The notes under the pieces: generated by a model
What the model was told of the DNA's origin: nothing
The model's input: only the letters and a program-made list of their open reading frames with translations
The model's database searches: none
Source of the DNA: an uncultured Candidatus Saccharibacteria bacterium
Lineage (GTDB): Bacteria; Patescibacteriota; Minisyncoccia; Phycocordibacterales; UBA9973
DNA length: 64,000 bases
Direction: 5' to 3'
Assembly (NCBI GenBank): GCA_964426555.1
Contig: CAYRQJ010000005.1
Location: forward strand, 5,901-69,900
In this document: in pieces, positions 38,906-49,276 of the stretch
Position numbering within the stretch: position 1 is the first letter of the stretch
How the letters are laid out: each line of letters begins with the position of its first letter
Program-made: the position numbers and the translations under genes

Positions 38906-40285
38906 ATGGAAGAGAAAAACGACATATTTGAAAAGGTTGTTAGTTTAACTAAACGCCGTGGATTTATATACCCCAGTTCTGAAATTTATGGGGGGTTTGC
39001 TGGTGTATACGACTATGGCCCAATGGGTGTCTTGTTAGCTAACAATATAAAATCTCAGTGGTGGAAAAGTATGGTTCAAAAAAGACCAGATATTGTAGGG
39101 CTGGATAGTGGTATTTTTATGTCGCCAAAGATCTGGGTAGCATCGGGCCATGTGTCTGGATTCTCTGACCCACTAATGGAAAATAAATTGACTCACGAGC
39201 GTGTACGAGCTGACCATATCTTAGAAGAAATCGGCATACTAGCTGACGAGAAAATGGAAATTGTTGAAATAAATAATCTTCTTCAAGAAAATAAAATTGC
39301 TTTAAAAAATATTGGCTACAATGTTGACGATTATACTGAAGCTAAAAGATTTAATCTACTTGTGGAATCAAATCTTGGAGATTTTACTGGAACTGGCGAA
39401 AACAAATCATATCTTCGTGGTGAAACTTGCCAAGGTATATATGTAAACTACAAAAACGTGCTAGATACTACAAATGTAAAATTACCTTTTGGTATTGCAC
39501 AAGTTGGTAAAGCTTTTCGTAATGAAATTGCAGCTCGCCAATTTGTATTTCGTACTCGTGAATTTGAACAAATGGAAATGCAATATTTTATAACTCCAGA
39601 TGAAGAAATGGTGGAATATGATGCATTAAAAGAATACCGTTGGAAATCTCTACTTTCATTAGGTATTAAAGAAGAAAATTTACGTTGGCACAAACACGAG
39701 AATTTGGTTTTTTATGCTAAAGAAGCTTATGATATAGAATTTAAATATCCTTTTGGCTTTAAAGAATTAGAAGGTATTCATGCGCGTGGAAATTATGATC
39801 TTACACAGCACAGTACGCACAGTGGACAAAATTTAACTTATTTTGATGAAGAGAAAAAAGAACATTTTATTCCGCACATTATAGAATCTTCTATTGGAGT
39901 GGGGAGACTGCTTTTAGCTATACTTTGTCAGTCATATTTTGAGGAAGAAGTAGGAGGCGAAACACGCGTAGTAATGCGTATTCCAAAAAAGATTGCACCT
40001 ATTCAAGTAGCCATATTACCACTTTCTAAAAAAGAAGAATTATCTATTCCAGCCAGCCAACTTTTTGAAGAACTATCTGAGAATTTTATGTGCCAATATG
40101 ACGAAACTCAAAGTATTGGTAAAAGATATCGCAGACAAGACGAAATTGGTACACCGTATTGTATTACTTATGATTTTGATAGTATCAACGACAATGCCGT
40201 AACTGTACGCGACCGTGACACTATGCAGCAAGAGCGAATTCCTGTAGCTGAATTAACTCAGTATTTACAAAGTAAATTTGTGTAA
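38906..40285 (+). CDS. glyQS: Glycine-tRNA ligase (alpha2, eukaryote/archaea-like type)
   Basis: RRGFIYPSSEIYGG, LRGETCQG, GKAFRNEI, REFEQME and IGKRYRRQDEIGTP. Confidence 0.97.
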   Translation: MEEKNDIFEKVVSLTKRRGFIYPSSEIYGGFAGVYDYGPMGVLLANNIKSQWWKSMVQKRPDIVGLDSGIFMSPKIWVASGHVSGFSDPLMENKLTHERVRADHILEEIGILADEKMEIVEINNLLQENKIALKNIGYNVDDYTEAKRFNLLVESNLGDFTGTGENKSYLRGETCQGIYVNYKNVLDTTNVKLPFGIAQVGKAFRNEIAARQFVFRTREFEQMEMQYFITPDEEMVEYDALKEYRWKSLLSLGIKEENLRWHKHENLVFYAKEAYDIEFKYPFGFKELEGIHARGNYDLTQHSTHSGQNLTYFDEEKKEHFIPHIIESSIGVGRLLLAILCQSYFEEEVGGETRVVMRIPKKIAPIQVAILPLSKKEELSIPASQLFEELSENFMCQYDETQSIGKRYRRQDEIGTPYCITYDFDSINDNAVTVRDRDTMQQERIPVAELTQYLQSKFV

Positions 40286-40290
40286 TTCTT

Positions 40291-40509
40291 ATGTTAGAAG
40301 GTTTAAGTAATATACCCCTTGATCCAAATGAAAAAGGGAAAGATGTAAATAACGAGGAAAGTAAAAAAGAATCATATAGTGGAGAGCAAGATATGCACGA
40401 CACTGATTCTGCTTACGAGACCGACAATGATGGTTCCGAATATGATGGTGTTACAAAACCACATAATAAAGATATGGACACAAATCCTTGGGGTGATGAA
40501 GAAGAATAG
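40291..40509 (+). CDS. Small acidic hypothetical protein
   Basis: 72-aa acidic ORF 5 nt after glyQS. Confidence 0.55.
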   Translation: MLEGLSNIPLDPNEKGKDVNNEESKKESYSGEQDMHDTDSAYETDNDGSEYDGVTKPHNKDMDTNPWGDEEE

Positions 40510-40527
40510 ATTGAAAAAACAGCTTAG

Positions 40528-41250
40528 TTATCTAAGCTGTTTTTGTTTGAAATAATCTAGTATTGCAAAGTTATCATGGTGCCATTTGGGGCCTAATTCT
40601 TTTTGTGCTTTTATAGAAGAATTTTCTTTTGGCATATACGAATATACTTTTGCATTCCATTCTAAATTCATTTGGCCAATGGTTTGCAAAGCTAAAGATA
40701 AATAATAATCTTCCGCCCAAAAATAAAGTTTTAATTCATCTTTTAATTTTATAATAGGATCCAACCCACCAACTTTTTCATAATCATTTTTTCTGCATGC
40801 AAAACATGCGCCAGAAGCAAATTTGTTTAATTCATTGTTTCTAAACTTTCGAAAAAAATATTGTCTTAGCATTGAAATTTTCCAAAATAAATTATTTAGA
40901 AAAACTACACGCCCAGCAGACAATGTTATGTCTGGGTTCTTTAGCAGTGGGGCAGTAATGTTTTTTAGCCAATTTTTATCTGCCCATGCATCACCATCAA
41001 TACAAGCCACAATATCTCCAGTTACTTCTTGGAAGCCTTTTATGCGCGCATATGGTTGGCCATGTGGTCCATTATATTCTACTACCTTTATAATATTAAA
41101 TTTTTTAGCAATAGCTACGGTATTATCAGTACAATTATGAGATATCAATACTATTTCGTCAGGAGTTATTGTTTGATTTAAAATGCTCTCTATACATTTT
41201 TCAATCCATTCTTCTTCGTTATGGGCAATAATTAGTACTGAAATTTTCAT
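40528..41250 (-). CDS. Glycosyltransferase family 2
   Basis: ISVLIIAHNEE, CTDNT, IDGD and ED motifs. Confidence 0.9.
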   Translation of the reverse strand: MKISVLIIAHNEEEWIEKCIESILNQTITPDEIVLISHNCTDNTVAIAKKFNIIKVVEYNGPHGQPYARIKGFQEVTGDIVACIDGDAWADKNWLKNITAPLLKNPDITLSAGRVVFLNNLFWKISMLRQYFFRKFRNNELNKFASGACFACRKNDYEKVGGLDPIIKLKDELKLYFWAEDYYLSLALQTIGQMNLEWNAKVYSYMPKENSSIKAQKELGPKWHHDNFAILDYFKQKQLR

Positions 41251-41294
41251 AAAATGATTATATCATTTATGGTATAATTTATAAATTAATCACC

Positions 41295-41331
41295 ACCTCT
41301 CCCTTAATCCCTCTCCTTGTAAAGGAGAGGG
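41295..41331. repeat. Left inverted repeat/hairpin flanking the DUF559 gene
   Basis: acctctcccttaatccctctccttgtaaaggagaggg is an imperfect reverse complement of 41692-41732. Confidence 0.8.
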
Positions 41332-41342
41332 AAACGCAAAAA

Positions 41343-41687
41343 ATGACAATATTAAACAATAAACAAAATTTTAAAGAAAGAAGAAGAGAGCTAAGAAAAA
41401 ATGCTACAAAAGCTGAACAAATTCTTTGGGAACATTTAAGAAGAAAAAGTTTTCAACTTAAATTTAAACGCCAAAATTCAGTAGGACCTTATATTATTGA
41501 TTTTTATGCACCAACTATTAAATTGGCAGTAGAACTGGACGGTGAAATACATAAACAAAATAAAGATTATGATTTAGATAGAACTAATTATTTAAATGAT
41601 AAAGGCATTAAAATTCTAAGATTTTGGAATAGTGAAGTAGAAAATAATATTGATAAGGTTTTAGAAAAAATAAAGCAAAATATGTAG
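41343..41687 (+). CDS. DUF559 (Vsr-like PD-(D/E)xK) endonuclease
   Basis: RRELRKNATKAEQILWEHLR, FKRQ, YIIDFY, VELDGEIH and ILRFWN. Confidence 0.9.
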   Translation: MTILNNKQNFKERRRELRKNATKAEQILWEHLRRKSFQLKFKRQNSVGPYIIDFYAPTIKLAVELDGEIHKQNKDYDLDRTNYLNDKGIKILRFWNSEVENNIDKVLEKIKQNM

Positions 41688-41691
41688 TTAA

Positions 41692-41732
41692 CCCCCTCTG
41701 CCTTTACAAGGAGAGGGGGTAGGGGGAGAGGT
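41692..41732. repeat. Right inverted repeat/hairpin flanking the DUF559 gene
   Basis: ccccctctgcctttacaaggagagggggtagggggagaggt. Confidence 0.8.
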
Positions 41733-41756
41733 TTGCACTTGTGCTATAATTTATTT

Positions 41757-41990
41757 ATGACTTACATAAAACTATTTGGCTGGTTGGGGACACTGCTACT
41801 AATGGCAACATATTTGTTAAATATTTTTGGCATGATTACAGCACAGTCTTTAATATATTTATTCTTAAATTTATTTGCTGCAATATTCTTGGGTCTACGA
41901 GTTTATAAAGACCGAAATTTCTCTAATGTATTCTTGGAAATCTTTTGGGCTGGGGTAGCCATAATTGGGATAATTAAATATTTCTATTAA
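41757..41990 (+). CDS. Small 3-TM membrane protein (CBU_0592-like)
   Basis: FGWLGTLLLMATY...YLFLN...LEIFW pattern. Confidence 0.7.
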   Translation: MTYIKLFGWLGTLLLMATYLLNIFGMITAQSLIYLFLNLFAAIFLGLRVYKDRNFSNVFLEIFWAGVAIIGIIKYFY

Positions 41991-42009
41991 GAGTGCTATA
42001 ATCTCCAAT

Positions 42010-43272
42010 ATGAAATACAGCATAAAGACACTAAAGAATGGTTTACGGGTTGTAACCGTGCCAATGAAGGATAATCCTACTGTGACAGTTTTAACTATTG
42101 TAGGGACTGGTAGCGACTATGAGCAAAAAGATTTAGGTGGAATATCTCACTTCTTAGAACATATGTGTTTTAAGGGCACCACAAAGCGCCCTACATCGTC
42201 TATAATCTCTCACGAACTGGATTCACTGGGTTGCGAATACAACGCTTTTACCGACCACGAAATGACTGGTTACTATGCCAAAGGTGATAGTAAACATTTC
42301 AAAAAACTACTAGATGTAGTAGGGGATATTTATCTAAATTCTACTTTCCCCGAAAAAGAGATAGAAAAAGAAAAAGGTGTAATTGTAGAAGAATTAAACA
42401 TGTACGAAGACATGCCTCAGCGTCGAGTGTACGACTTGTTTGACGAATTAGTTTATGGGGATACTTCAGCGGGTAGAAATATTGTTGGTACAGTTAAAAC
42501 AATAAATTCTATGAATCACGATAAATTTGTGCAATATAAAAATGCGCAATATACAGCTCCAAACACTATTGTTGTTATTTCTGGAAATATCGATGCAAAT
42601 AATTCTTTCAAGGAAGTAGAAAAAATATTTGGGAATTTAAATAATAAAAATCCAAACAAAAAAGAAAAATCTATAATTCAAAATAATTCTAAATTAAAAA
42701 TTCAAAACAAAAAAACTGACCAAGTTCATCTTATGCTTGGGTTGCGTGCTTATGATCGAAAAAATCCTAAAAATAAAACTTTAAGAATGCTTTCTTCAGT
42801 ATTGGGGGCGGGGATGTCGTCACGACTTTTTAATAAATTACGTGAAGAAATGGGGGTTTGTTATTATGTTGGGGCACATGTTTCTACTAGAAAAGAAACA
42901 GGAATTTTTGCTATAAATGCCGGGGTAACTACTGCTCGTACTAACGAAGTTATAAAAGTCTTACTTGAAGAATTAAAAAAATTAACCACAGAATTAGTCC
43001 CTGAATCTGAATTAAAAAAAGTCCAAAATCTTTTAATTGGTAATATGAAACTGGGGTTAGAAAGCAGTGACGACATTGCCAGTTTCTATGGTAACCAGTT
43101 ACTACTGCGTGGAGAAATAAAAACACTAAAAGACAAAGAGCGTGATATTATGTCTGTGTCTGCTAAAGATATTATGAAATTAGCAAAAGAAATAGTAAAA
43201 ACCGAAAATCTGCGTCTAGCCATTGTTGGCCCTGAAACGTTAAAAATAGACGGGAATATTCTAAAATTCTAA
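42010..43272 (+). CDS. M16 family (pitrilysin-like) zinc peptidase
   Basis: GISHFLEHMCFKGT, NAFT and MSSRLFNKLREEMG. Confidence 0.95.
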   Translation: MKYSIKTLKNGLRVVTVPMKDNPTVTVLTIVGTGSDYEQKDLGGISHFLEHMCFKGTTKRPTSSIISHELDSLGCEYNAFTDHEMTGYYAKGDSKHFKKLLDVVGDIYLNSTFPEKEIEKEKGVIVEELNMYEDMPQRRVYDLFDELVYGDTSAGRNIVGTVKTINSMNHDKFVQYKNAQYTAPNTIVVISGNIDANNSFKEVEKIFGNLNNKNPNKKEKSIIQNNSKLKIQNKKTDQVHLMLGLRAYDRKNPKNKTLRMLSSVLGAGMSSRLFNKLREEMGVCYYVGAHVSTRKETGIFAINAGVTTARTNEVIKVLLEELKKLTTELVPESELKKVQNLLIGNMKLGLESSDDIASFYGNQLLLRGEIKTLKDKERDIMSVSAKDIMKLAKEIVKTENLRLAIVGPETLKIDGNILKF

Positions 43273-43329
43273 ACAAAGGGCTGGCTGGTATTGTTTTATG
43301 AGATTAGGATTTTATGTTATAGTTATCTT

Positions 43330-44409
43330 ATGTCAAAAGAATCTAGAACAGTACATGTAAATATAAACACAGGTACAATTGTGCGTATTATTTTATTCAT
43401 AGTATTAGGGTTTTTACTGTATAAGCTAAGTAATTTGTTATTTTTACTATTAGTTTCTATTGTTATTGCTACTTTTGTTGATGCAGTTGCAAGAAAATTA
43501 AAGAAATACAGAATACCAAGAACTCTTAGTGTTATTGCAGTATTTCTTTTACTGATTGCATTTTTAGCAGCAATGTTTTATGCCATTGTGCCGGTTTTAT
43601 TTAATGAACTTTCTCATGCATTAACAATGATTTCAAAATATGTACCCCAGGATAAACTAAAAGCCATCATTGACCCAAATGCAATCAAAAGTATAGACAA
43701 TTTTATAAATGCTGTGGGGGCTCAAGTCCCAGCATCTCAAGTAGCTAGCACTACAAAGACTTTGATCAGTAATATTTCCGGAGCTTTTTATGGAACAGTT
43801 CAAGCATTGTTTGGTAGTATTGCAAACTTGGTGGTTATATTTGTTTTGTCATTTTATTTGTCTATTCAAGAAAAAGGAATTGAAAATTTCTTGAAACTAG
43901 TTATGCCAATAAAATATGAAGCATATGTTGTGGATTTATGGGGTAGATCAAGTCGTAAGATTGCACACTGGTTACGTGGACAAATGACATTGGCTGTTTT
44001 AATTGCAATTATTACATTTGCTGTACTTTATTTCTTAAATGTTCCGTATGCATTACTTTTGTCTTTACTAACTATGGTTTGTGAACTTATTCCTTTTGGA
44101 ATGATTTTTGCAACTATTCCAGCAACTTTAGCCGGAATTTCTGCAGGGGGGATAGAATTAGGTGTAATAATTTTGATATTTTATTTCTTATTACAGCAAT
44201 TAGAAGGCTATGTTTTTGTGCCATTGATGAACAAAAAAACCACAGGGATTTCACCATTAATGGTTATACTATCACTGTTAATTGGAGCACAACTTGCTGG
44301 ATTTTGGGGTCTAATTCTTGCAATGCCAGTAGCGTTGTTTTTACTGGAATTAATGAATGATTTTGAATCTCACAAAGAAAATTTGCGTAAAATAATTCAA
44401 GAAGATTAA
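43330..44409 (+). CDS. AI-2E family transporter
   Basis: WLRGQ, ELIPFG, QQLEGYVFVP and GFWGLILAMP. Confidence 0.9.
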   Translation: MSKESRTVHVNINTGTIVRIILFIVLGFLLYKLSNLLFLLLVSIVIATFVDAVARKLKKYRIPRTLSVIAVFLLLIAFLAAMFYAIVPVLFNELSHALTMISKYVPQDKLKAIIDPNAIKSIDNFINAVGAQVPASQVASTTKTLISNISGAFYGTVQALFGSIANLVVIFVLSFYLSIQEKGIENFLKLVMPIKYEAYVVDLWGRSSRKIAHWLRGQMTLAVLIAIITFAVLYFLNVPYALLLSLLTMVCELIPFGMIFATIPATLAGISAGGIELGVIILIFYFLLQQLEGYVFVPLMNKKTTGISPLMVILSLLIGAQLAGFWGLILAMPVALFLLELMNDFESHKENLRKIIQED

Positions 44410-44414
44410 AAAAT

Positions 44415-45857
44415 ATGTCCAAAAATTTCTATATTACAACTACATTACCGTATGTAAATGCACCGCTTCATATGGGGCATGCATTGGAATTTGTGCGTGC
44501 AGACAGTATAGCCAGATATAAAAAACAAACTGGGTTTAATGTATTTTTCAATACCGGAACCGATGAACACGGAATGAAAATTTTTGAAAAAGCTAAAGAA
44601 AATAATCTTACTGCTCAGGCTTTTGTAGATCAAAATTTTGTAGTTTTTAAAGAGCAATTACAAATATTTGGCATTAGTGAAGACGCACATTATATTCGTA
44701 CTACTGACACAAATCACGAAGCAGGGGCTATAGAATTTTGGAACCGGGTAAATAGCAATGGTTTTATTTATAAAAAAAATTATGAAGCAAAATATTGTGT
44801 AGGTTGTGAAGCTGAAAAAACCGACAGTGATTTAATGGACGATGGCACATGCCCGCACCACCCAGGAATACAATTGGAAATTATTAATGAAGAAAATTAC
44901 TTTTTCAAATATTCTGCTTTCCAAGATTTGCTTTTGGAATTTTATGATAAAAATCCTAATTTTATAATTCCTGATTTTAGATTTAATGAAGTAAAAACTT
45001 TTATAAAAAATGGCTTACAGGATTTTTCTATTTCTCGTCGTAAAGAAAAAATGCCATGGGGTATACCAGTACCAGGGGACAGTGACCATGTAATGTATGT
45101 ATGGTTTGATGCATTAACTAATTATATAAACACACTGGGCTGGCCTGATACTGCTGGTGACTTTGACAAATACTGGGTCAACGGTACACCCACACAATAC
45201 TGCGGTAAAGACAATACTCGTTTCCAAGGTGCAATGTGGCAAGCAATGCTAATGGCTGCAGATGTGCCAAATTCTCACCAAATCATTGTAAATGGGTTTA
45301 TTATGGGCGGCGGCGGAGTCCGTATGAGTAAAACATTAGGTAACGTTGTAGATCCGCGTGACGTAGTAAATGAATACGGGATAGATGCGTTGCGATATTT
45401 TTTACTGCGCGAAGTTAGTAGTTTTGAAGATAGTCCATTTACAATGGAAAGGTTTAAAGACGCGTACAACAGTGGTCTTGCAAATGGTATAGGTAATTTA
45501 ACTTCAAGAATTTTAACTTTGTCAGAAAAATATTTACCAGATGGTGTTGAATTGGGTGATGCAGATTTTGACCAAGAATTTAATGATGCAATAGAACTAT
45601 ATAATATTTCACATGCGGTAAATCATGTATTTGAATTGGCTAATAATTTGGACCGTCATATTCAAGTAACTGAACCTTTTAAAGTTGTAAAAACAGATTT
45701 AGAAAAAGGTAAAGATTTGATAAAAAATAATGTATTGGAATTATATAAAATTGCATACATGCTAACTCCATTTTTACCACAAACATCTGAGAAAATAATT
45801 TCTGCTATTAAAGAAAACAAAAAACCAACCGAGCCACTATTTTTACGAAAAGATTAA
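44415..45857 (+). CDS. metG: Methionine-tRNA ligase (short form lacking the C-terminal tRNA-binding domain)
   Basis: TTLPYVNAPLHMGH, GTDEHG, YVWFDAL and RMSKTLGN. Confidence 0.96.
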   Translation: MSKNFYITTTLPYVNAPLHMGHALEFVRADSIARYKKQTGFNVFFNTGTDEHGMKIFEKAKENNLTAQAFVDQNFVVFKEQLQIFGISEDAHYIRTTDTNHEAGAIEFWNRVNSNGFIYKKNYEAKYCVGCEAEKTDSDLMDDGTCPHHPGIQLEIINEENYFFKYSAFQDLLLEFYDKNPNFIIPDFRFNEVKTFIKNGLQDFSISRRKEKMPWGIPVPGDSDHVMYVWFDALTNYINTLGWPDTAGDFDKYWVNGTPTQYCGKDNTRFQGAMWQAMLMAADVPNSHQIIVNGFIMGGGGVRMSKTLGNVVDPRDVVNEYGIDALRYFLLREVSSFEDSPFTMERFKDAYNSGLANGIGNLTSRILTLSEKYLPDGVELGDADFDQEFNDAIELYNISHAVNHVFELANNLDRHIQVTEPFKVVKTDLEKGKDLIKNNVLELYKIAYMLTPFLPQTSEKIISAIKENKKPTEPLFLRKD

Positions 45858-45890
45858 ATAAAAATCCCCGCAGTAATGTGGGGATTTTAT
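45858..45890. terminator. Bidirectional terminator
   Basis: ataaaaatccccgc-agtaat-gtggggattttat. Confidence 0.7.
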
Positions 45891-46082
45891 TTAATATTTT
45901 ATTTTTCTATGATCATTAGATAGACTTTTTTTAGTATTTATTTGCTGTGTTTTTAGATTACTTTTTTCTTTTTTAATAAAATCAATAAGTTTTTTGTCAT
46001 CATTTTTACTTCTTGTATTAATCGGGGTTTTTGCATTTTTTGTTAGCTCTAACAAAATTTGCCTTATATTTTTTTCTTCCAT
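45891..46082 (-). CDS. Small basic hypothetical protein
   Basis: 63-aa ORF ending at the shared terminator; low complexity, so uncertain. Confidence 0.4.
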   Translation of the reverse strand: MEEKNIRQILLELTKNAKTPINTRSKNDDKKLIDFIKKEKSNLKTQQINTKKSLSNDHRKIKY

Positions 46083-46232
46083 AATTTTAATTAATTTAAT
46101 TAAACTACAAAATATTTTTTAATGCAAATTAACCAATATTTTTAAGAAAAGACTAAAACCAGCCCCAATATCATGGTTTTCTTTTTGTCTAAATATATGC
46201 TACTTTTAGCTTAAATAAAAACTAAATTTATT

Positions 46233-47351
46233 ATGAAAAATGATAACAAAATAATACATGTCCCCATTAGTGGTGGGCCATGTTCAGCTAAAACTAGCAG
46301 CTCTGTTCATATCAGGGAAAAAGCTATGCAATTAGGTATAAAAACCATATTTGTACCAGAAGCTGCGCGTTCTTATTTTCAGGCTATTGGACGAGGTACA
46401 GAAAGTATTTATGCTCAACAAAGAGGAATATTTTCTCTACAATTAGCCAATGAGGCTTTTTATAGAAAAAAGGCGCAGCAAATTCTGGAATTTACAAATT
46501 CAAGAGTTCTTGTTATCTATGATCGAAGTCTGATGGACAACAAGGCTTATATGCCAAAACATCAATGGATCGATTTAATGAAGGATTTTTCTACTAGTGA
46601 ATTTAAAATATCTAAAAGATACACAAATCCATTACATTTAGTTACGGCAGCTGATGGTGCAGAAAAATTTTATGTAAATGACCCAGAAAGACCAGAATCT
46701 CCATCCGAAGCTAGGGTTATTGATCAAAAATTACAAACTATTTGGAATGGGTTAGCTGATCATGTTTCGATTATAAAAAATAAACCAGGTGGGCTTGATC
46801 AAAAAATGAATGAATCTTGGGCTGCAATTCTTAAAATAATGGGGTTGCCAATTCCAATTGAAGATGAACTTTGGTTTTCTGTTAAAGAAAATTTTGATCC
46901 GTCTCAAATTCATGTTCCTTATACCAAAATATACATTGAACAAGATTATCTTTTTACTAAAAATTCAGAAGACGAGCTGCGTGTTCGAATGAAAGAAATC
47001 AGTGGAGAAAGAATGTACATTATGACTTCAAAAAGAGAAATTGGTGGTTCAAAAAGAGAAGAGATAGAAAGACAGCTAACGCCTGATCAGTATCTTAAAA
47101 TCCTAAATGAAAAAAGAAGTAATCTTCATCGAACAATAAAAAAATGGAGATATTGTTTTATTTATAATTATCAATATTTTGAGTTGGATGAAATTATTGA
47201 TTATGAAGAATATGGGTTACCTCGTTTTAAAATGGAGTTTTCTCGGACACTTGAAAATCAAAAAGTTTTACTTCCTCCTTTTATCCCAATTTTAAATGAT
47301 GTTACTGGTGAGAAAAATTACAAAACCAGTCAAATGGCTTTAGTTCATTAA
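46233..47351 (+). CDS. P-loop kinase-like (NadR/Ttd14 AAA) domain fused to a CYTH-like domain
   Basis: ISGGPCSAKTS, VPEAA, YDRSLMD and HLVTAADGA; then PIEDE, IEQDYL, LRVR, REEIE, IKKWRY and FELD CYTH-type motifs. Confidence 0.8.
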   Translation: MKNDNKIIHVPISGGPCSAKTSSSVHIREKAMQLGIKTIFVPEAARSYFQAIGRGTESIYAQQRGIFSLQLANEAFYRKKAQQILEFTNSRVLVIYDRSLMDNKAYMPKHQWIDLMKDFSTSEFKISKRYTNPLHLVTAADGAEKFYVNDPERPESPSEARVIDQKLQTIWNGLADHVSIIKNKPGGLDQKMNESWAAILKIMGLPIPIEDELWFSVKENFDPSQIHVPYTKIYIEQDYLFTKNSEDELRVRMKEISGERMYIMTSKREIGGSKREEIERQLTPDQYLKILNEKRSNLHRTIKKWRYCFIYNYQYFELDEIIDYEEYGLPRFKMEFSRTLENQKVLLPPFIPILNDVTGEKNYKTSQMALVH

Positions 47352-47439
47352 ATTACACCTCCTGAAATACGGAGGTTTTTTCTTTTTGACTTTATTAGGG
47401 TTAAGTGATATAAAAAATCTAACTTAAAATATAAACGTT

Positions 47440-47757
47440 ATGGAAAATCAAAAAATAGTAAAAAATCTAACTGAAAAACAGTATGGATTATTAAAATACT
47501 TCTGCAATTTTCATGAAAAAGATTTTGGGCAATCAAATCAGCCAATCGACGGGAAAGAAGTAAAAGTTGAAACCAGAAAGAAAGATTTAAATAATTACCC
47601 TGGGATTCATATAGTCCTGAAAAAGTTCATTTTTAATGACGACTCACCATCAACATACACAGTGGAACTATCTTCCAGTGATGAAGAAAATTTAAAATCA
47701 AGTTCTACCGCACTTTTTAAAAGAATAGGTATGGAAGAAGAAGAAGCTTCATTTTAA
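47440..47757 (+). CDS. Hypothetical protein
   Basis: 105-aa ORF flanked by hairpins. Confidence 0.6.
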   Translation: MENQKIVKNLTEKQYGLLKYFCNFHEKDFGQSNQPIDGKEVKVETRKKDLNNYPGIHIVLKKFIFNDDSPSTYTVELSSSDEENLKSSSTALFKRIGMEEEEASF

Positions 47758-47817
47758 ATAAATTTAAATAAATTTTTAGAGCACAATTGTGCTCTTTTTT
47801 TATGCTATTATAATCTT

Positions 47818-48624
47818 ATGAAATTCAATTATTTTGATGTGCATTCGCATTTAAATCTCTCTCCTTTACTGGAGAATAAAGACGAAATTATAAATACACT
47901 GCGAGACCAGGGTATAGGTACTATTACTGTTGGTGTAGATTACAATACATCAGTTATAGCGCTAGAGATGGCAAATGAAAATCCGGATATTCTTTGGGCT
48001 ACAGTTGGTCAGCATCCTAATGACAACCCAGAAGAAATTTTTGACTATAATAAATTTTTAGAATTATCTCGCGACCCAAAAGTTGTAGCTATTGGCGAAT
48101 GTGGAATTGACTATTATCGTCTAAAAGGCAGTGAAGAAGAAAAAGATATAGAAACAAAAAGACAAAAAGATTTGTTTATTCAGCATATTAAATTAGCCAG
48201 TGAAACTGGTAAACCTTTAATGATCCATGCTCGTCCACACATGAATAGTCAAGATGCTTATATTGATGCCATAAGAATTTTAGAAGAAGAAAAATTTAGT
48301 GGCCATGCAAACTTTCATTTTTTTGTAGGCGATATTGAAACTGCACAAAAAATAGTAGAAAAAAATTGGAGCGTGTCTTATGACGGTCCAATTACATTTA
48401 GTTCTGAATATGACGAAGTTATAAAATCTATTCCAATACAAAATATAATGTGTGAGACCGATGCACCTTTTGCAGCACCTGCTCCATATCGCGGGCAAAC
48501 AAATTATCCGCAATATGTAGAACATGTATATAAAAAAATAGCTGAAATAAAAGTTGTTACCCCTGAATTTATGCGTGAAGTAATGCAAGAAAACATAAAA
48601 AGAGTATTTGGGATTGAGTTTTAA
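47818..48624 (+). CDS. tatD: TatD family hydrolase
   Basis: DVHSHL, GQHP, AIGECGIDY, IHAR, HFF and ETDAPF. Confidence 0.93.
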   Translation: MKFNYFDVHSHLNLSPLLENKDEIINTLRDQGIGTITVGVDYNTSVIALEMANENPDILWATVGQHPNDNPEEIFDYNKFLELSRDPKVVAIGECGIDYYRLKGSEEEKDIETKRQKDLFIQHIKLASETGKPLMIHARPHMNSQDAYIDAIRILEEEKFSGHANFHFFVGDIETAQKIVEKNWSVSYDGPITFSSEYDEVIKSIPIQNIMCETDAPFAAPAPYRGQTNYPQYVEHVYKKIAEIKVVTPEFMREVMQENIKRVFGIEF

Positions 48625-48663
48625 AAAGTCCTCCTCCTGCGAAGGGGAGGATTTAGGTGGGGT
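48625..48663. repeat. Dispersed REP-like repeat
   Basis: aaagtcctcctcctgcgaaggggaggatttaggtggggt is 38/39 identical to 52022-52060. Confidence 0.85.
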
Positions 48664-48707
48664 TAGCTAATCTTTACTTTTAATAAAAATTGTGCTATAT
48701 ATAGACC

Positions 48708-49244
48708 ATGAGTATTAATAAAGAAGACATGTTAGTCAAGGTCTACGAGCTTGGCTACCACCTGATTCCGACATTAGCGGAAGAAGAGGTTCCACAATAT
48801 GTCAATAAAATCAAAGATGCGCTCGACTCGTACGGGGCGGTTATTATTAGTGAAGAAATGCCAAAACGTATGGAATTGGCATACACAATGAACCCAAGTG
48901 TTAAAAACAAAAAACAAAAGTTCGCCAAAGCTTATTTTGGATGGATCAAGTTTGAAGTAGACACAGAGTCAGCTAACGCTTTTAAGAAATTAATAGAAGA
49001 TATGGATGAAGTATTTCGTTCACTTCTAATTATTACAGTTCGTGAAAACACAATGGCTCCAAAGAAATTGTTTAGTGCTCCAAAGAAAAGAACAACTCAC
49101 CACGCAAGTAGTGACGAAAAGATTGATGTTGCAGTAGTAGACAAAGAAATTGATGCTCTTGTTGACGGAGAAACTGAAGATGCAATTACTGCTCCAGAAG
49201 TAGAAGAAGTAACAGAAGACACAACACCAGAAGATACAATTTAG
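48708..49244 (+). CDS. rpsF: 30S ribosomal protein S6 with long acidic tail
   Basis: VYELGYHL, MELAY, AYFGWIKF and VFRSLII; precedes ssb-rpsR. Confidence 0.9.
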   Translation: MSINKEDMLVKVYELGYHLIPTLAEEEVPQYVNKIKDALDSYGAVIISEEMPKRMELAYTMNPSVKNKKQKFAKAYFGWIKFEVDTESANAFKKLIEDMDEVFRSLLIITVRENTMAPKKLFSAPKKRTTHHASSDEKIDVAVVDKEIDALVDGETEDAITAPEVEEVTEDTTPEDTI

Positions 49245-49276
49245 AAAACAATTAATAATAATTAATATAAAACTAT

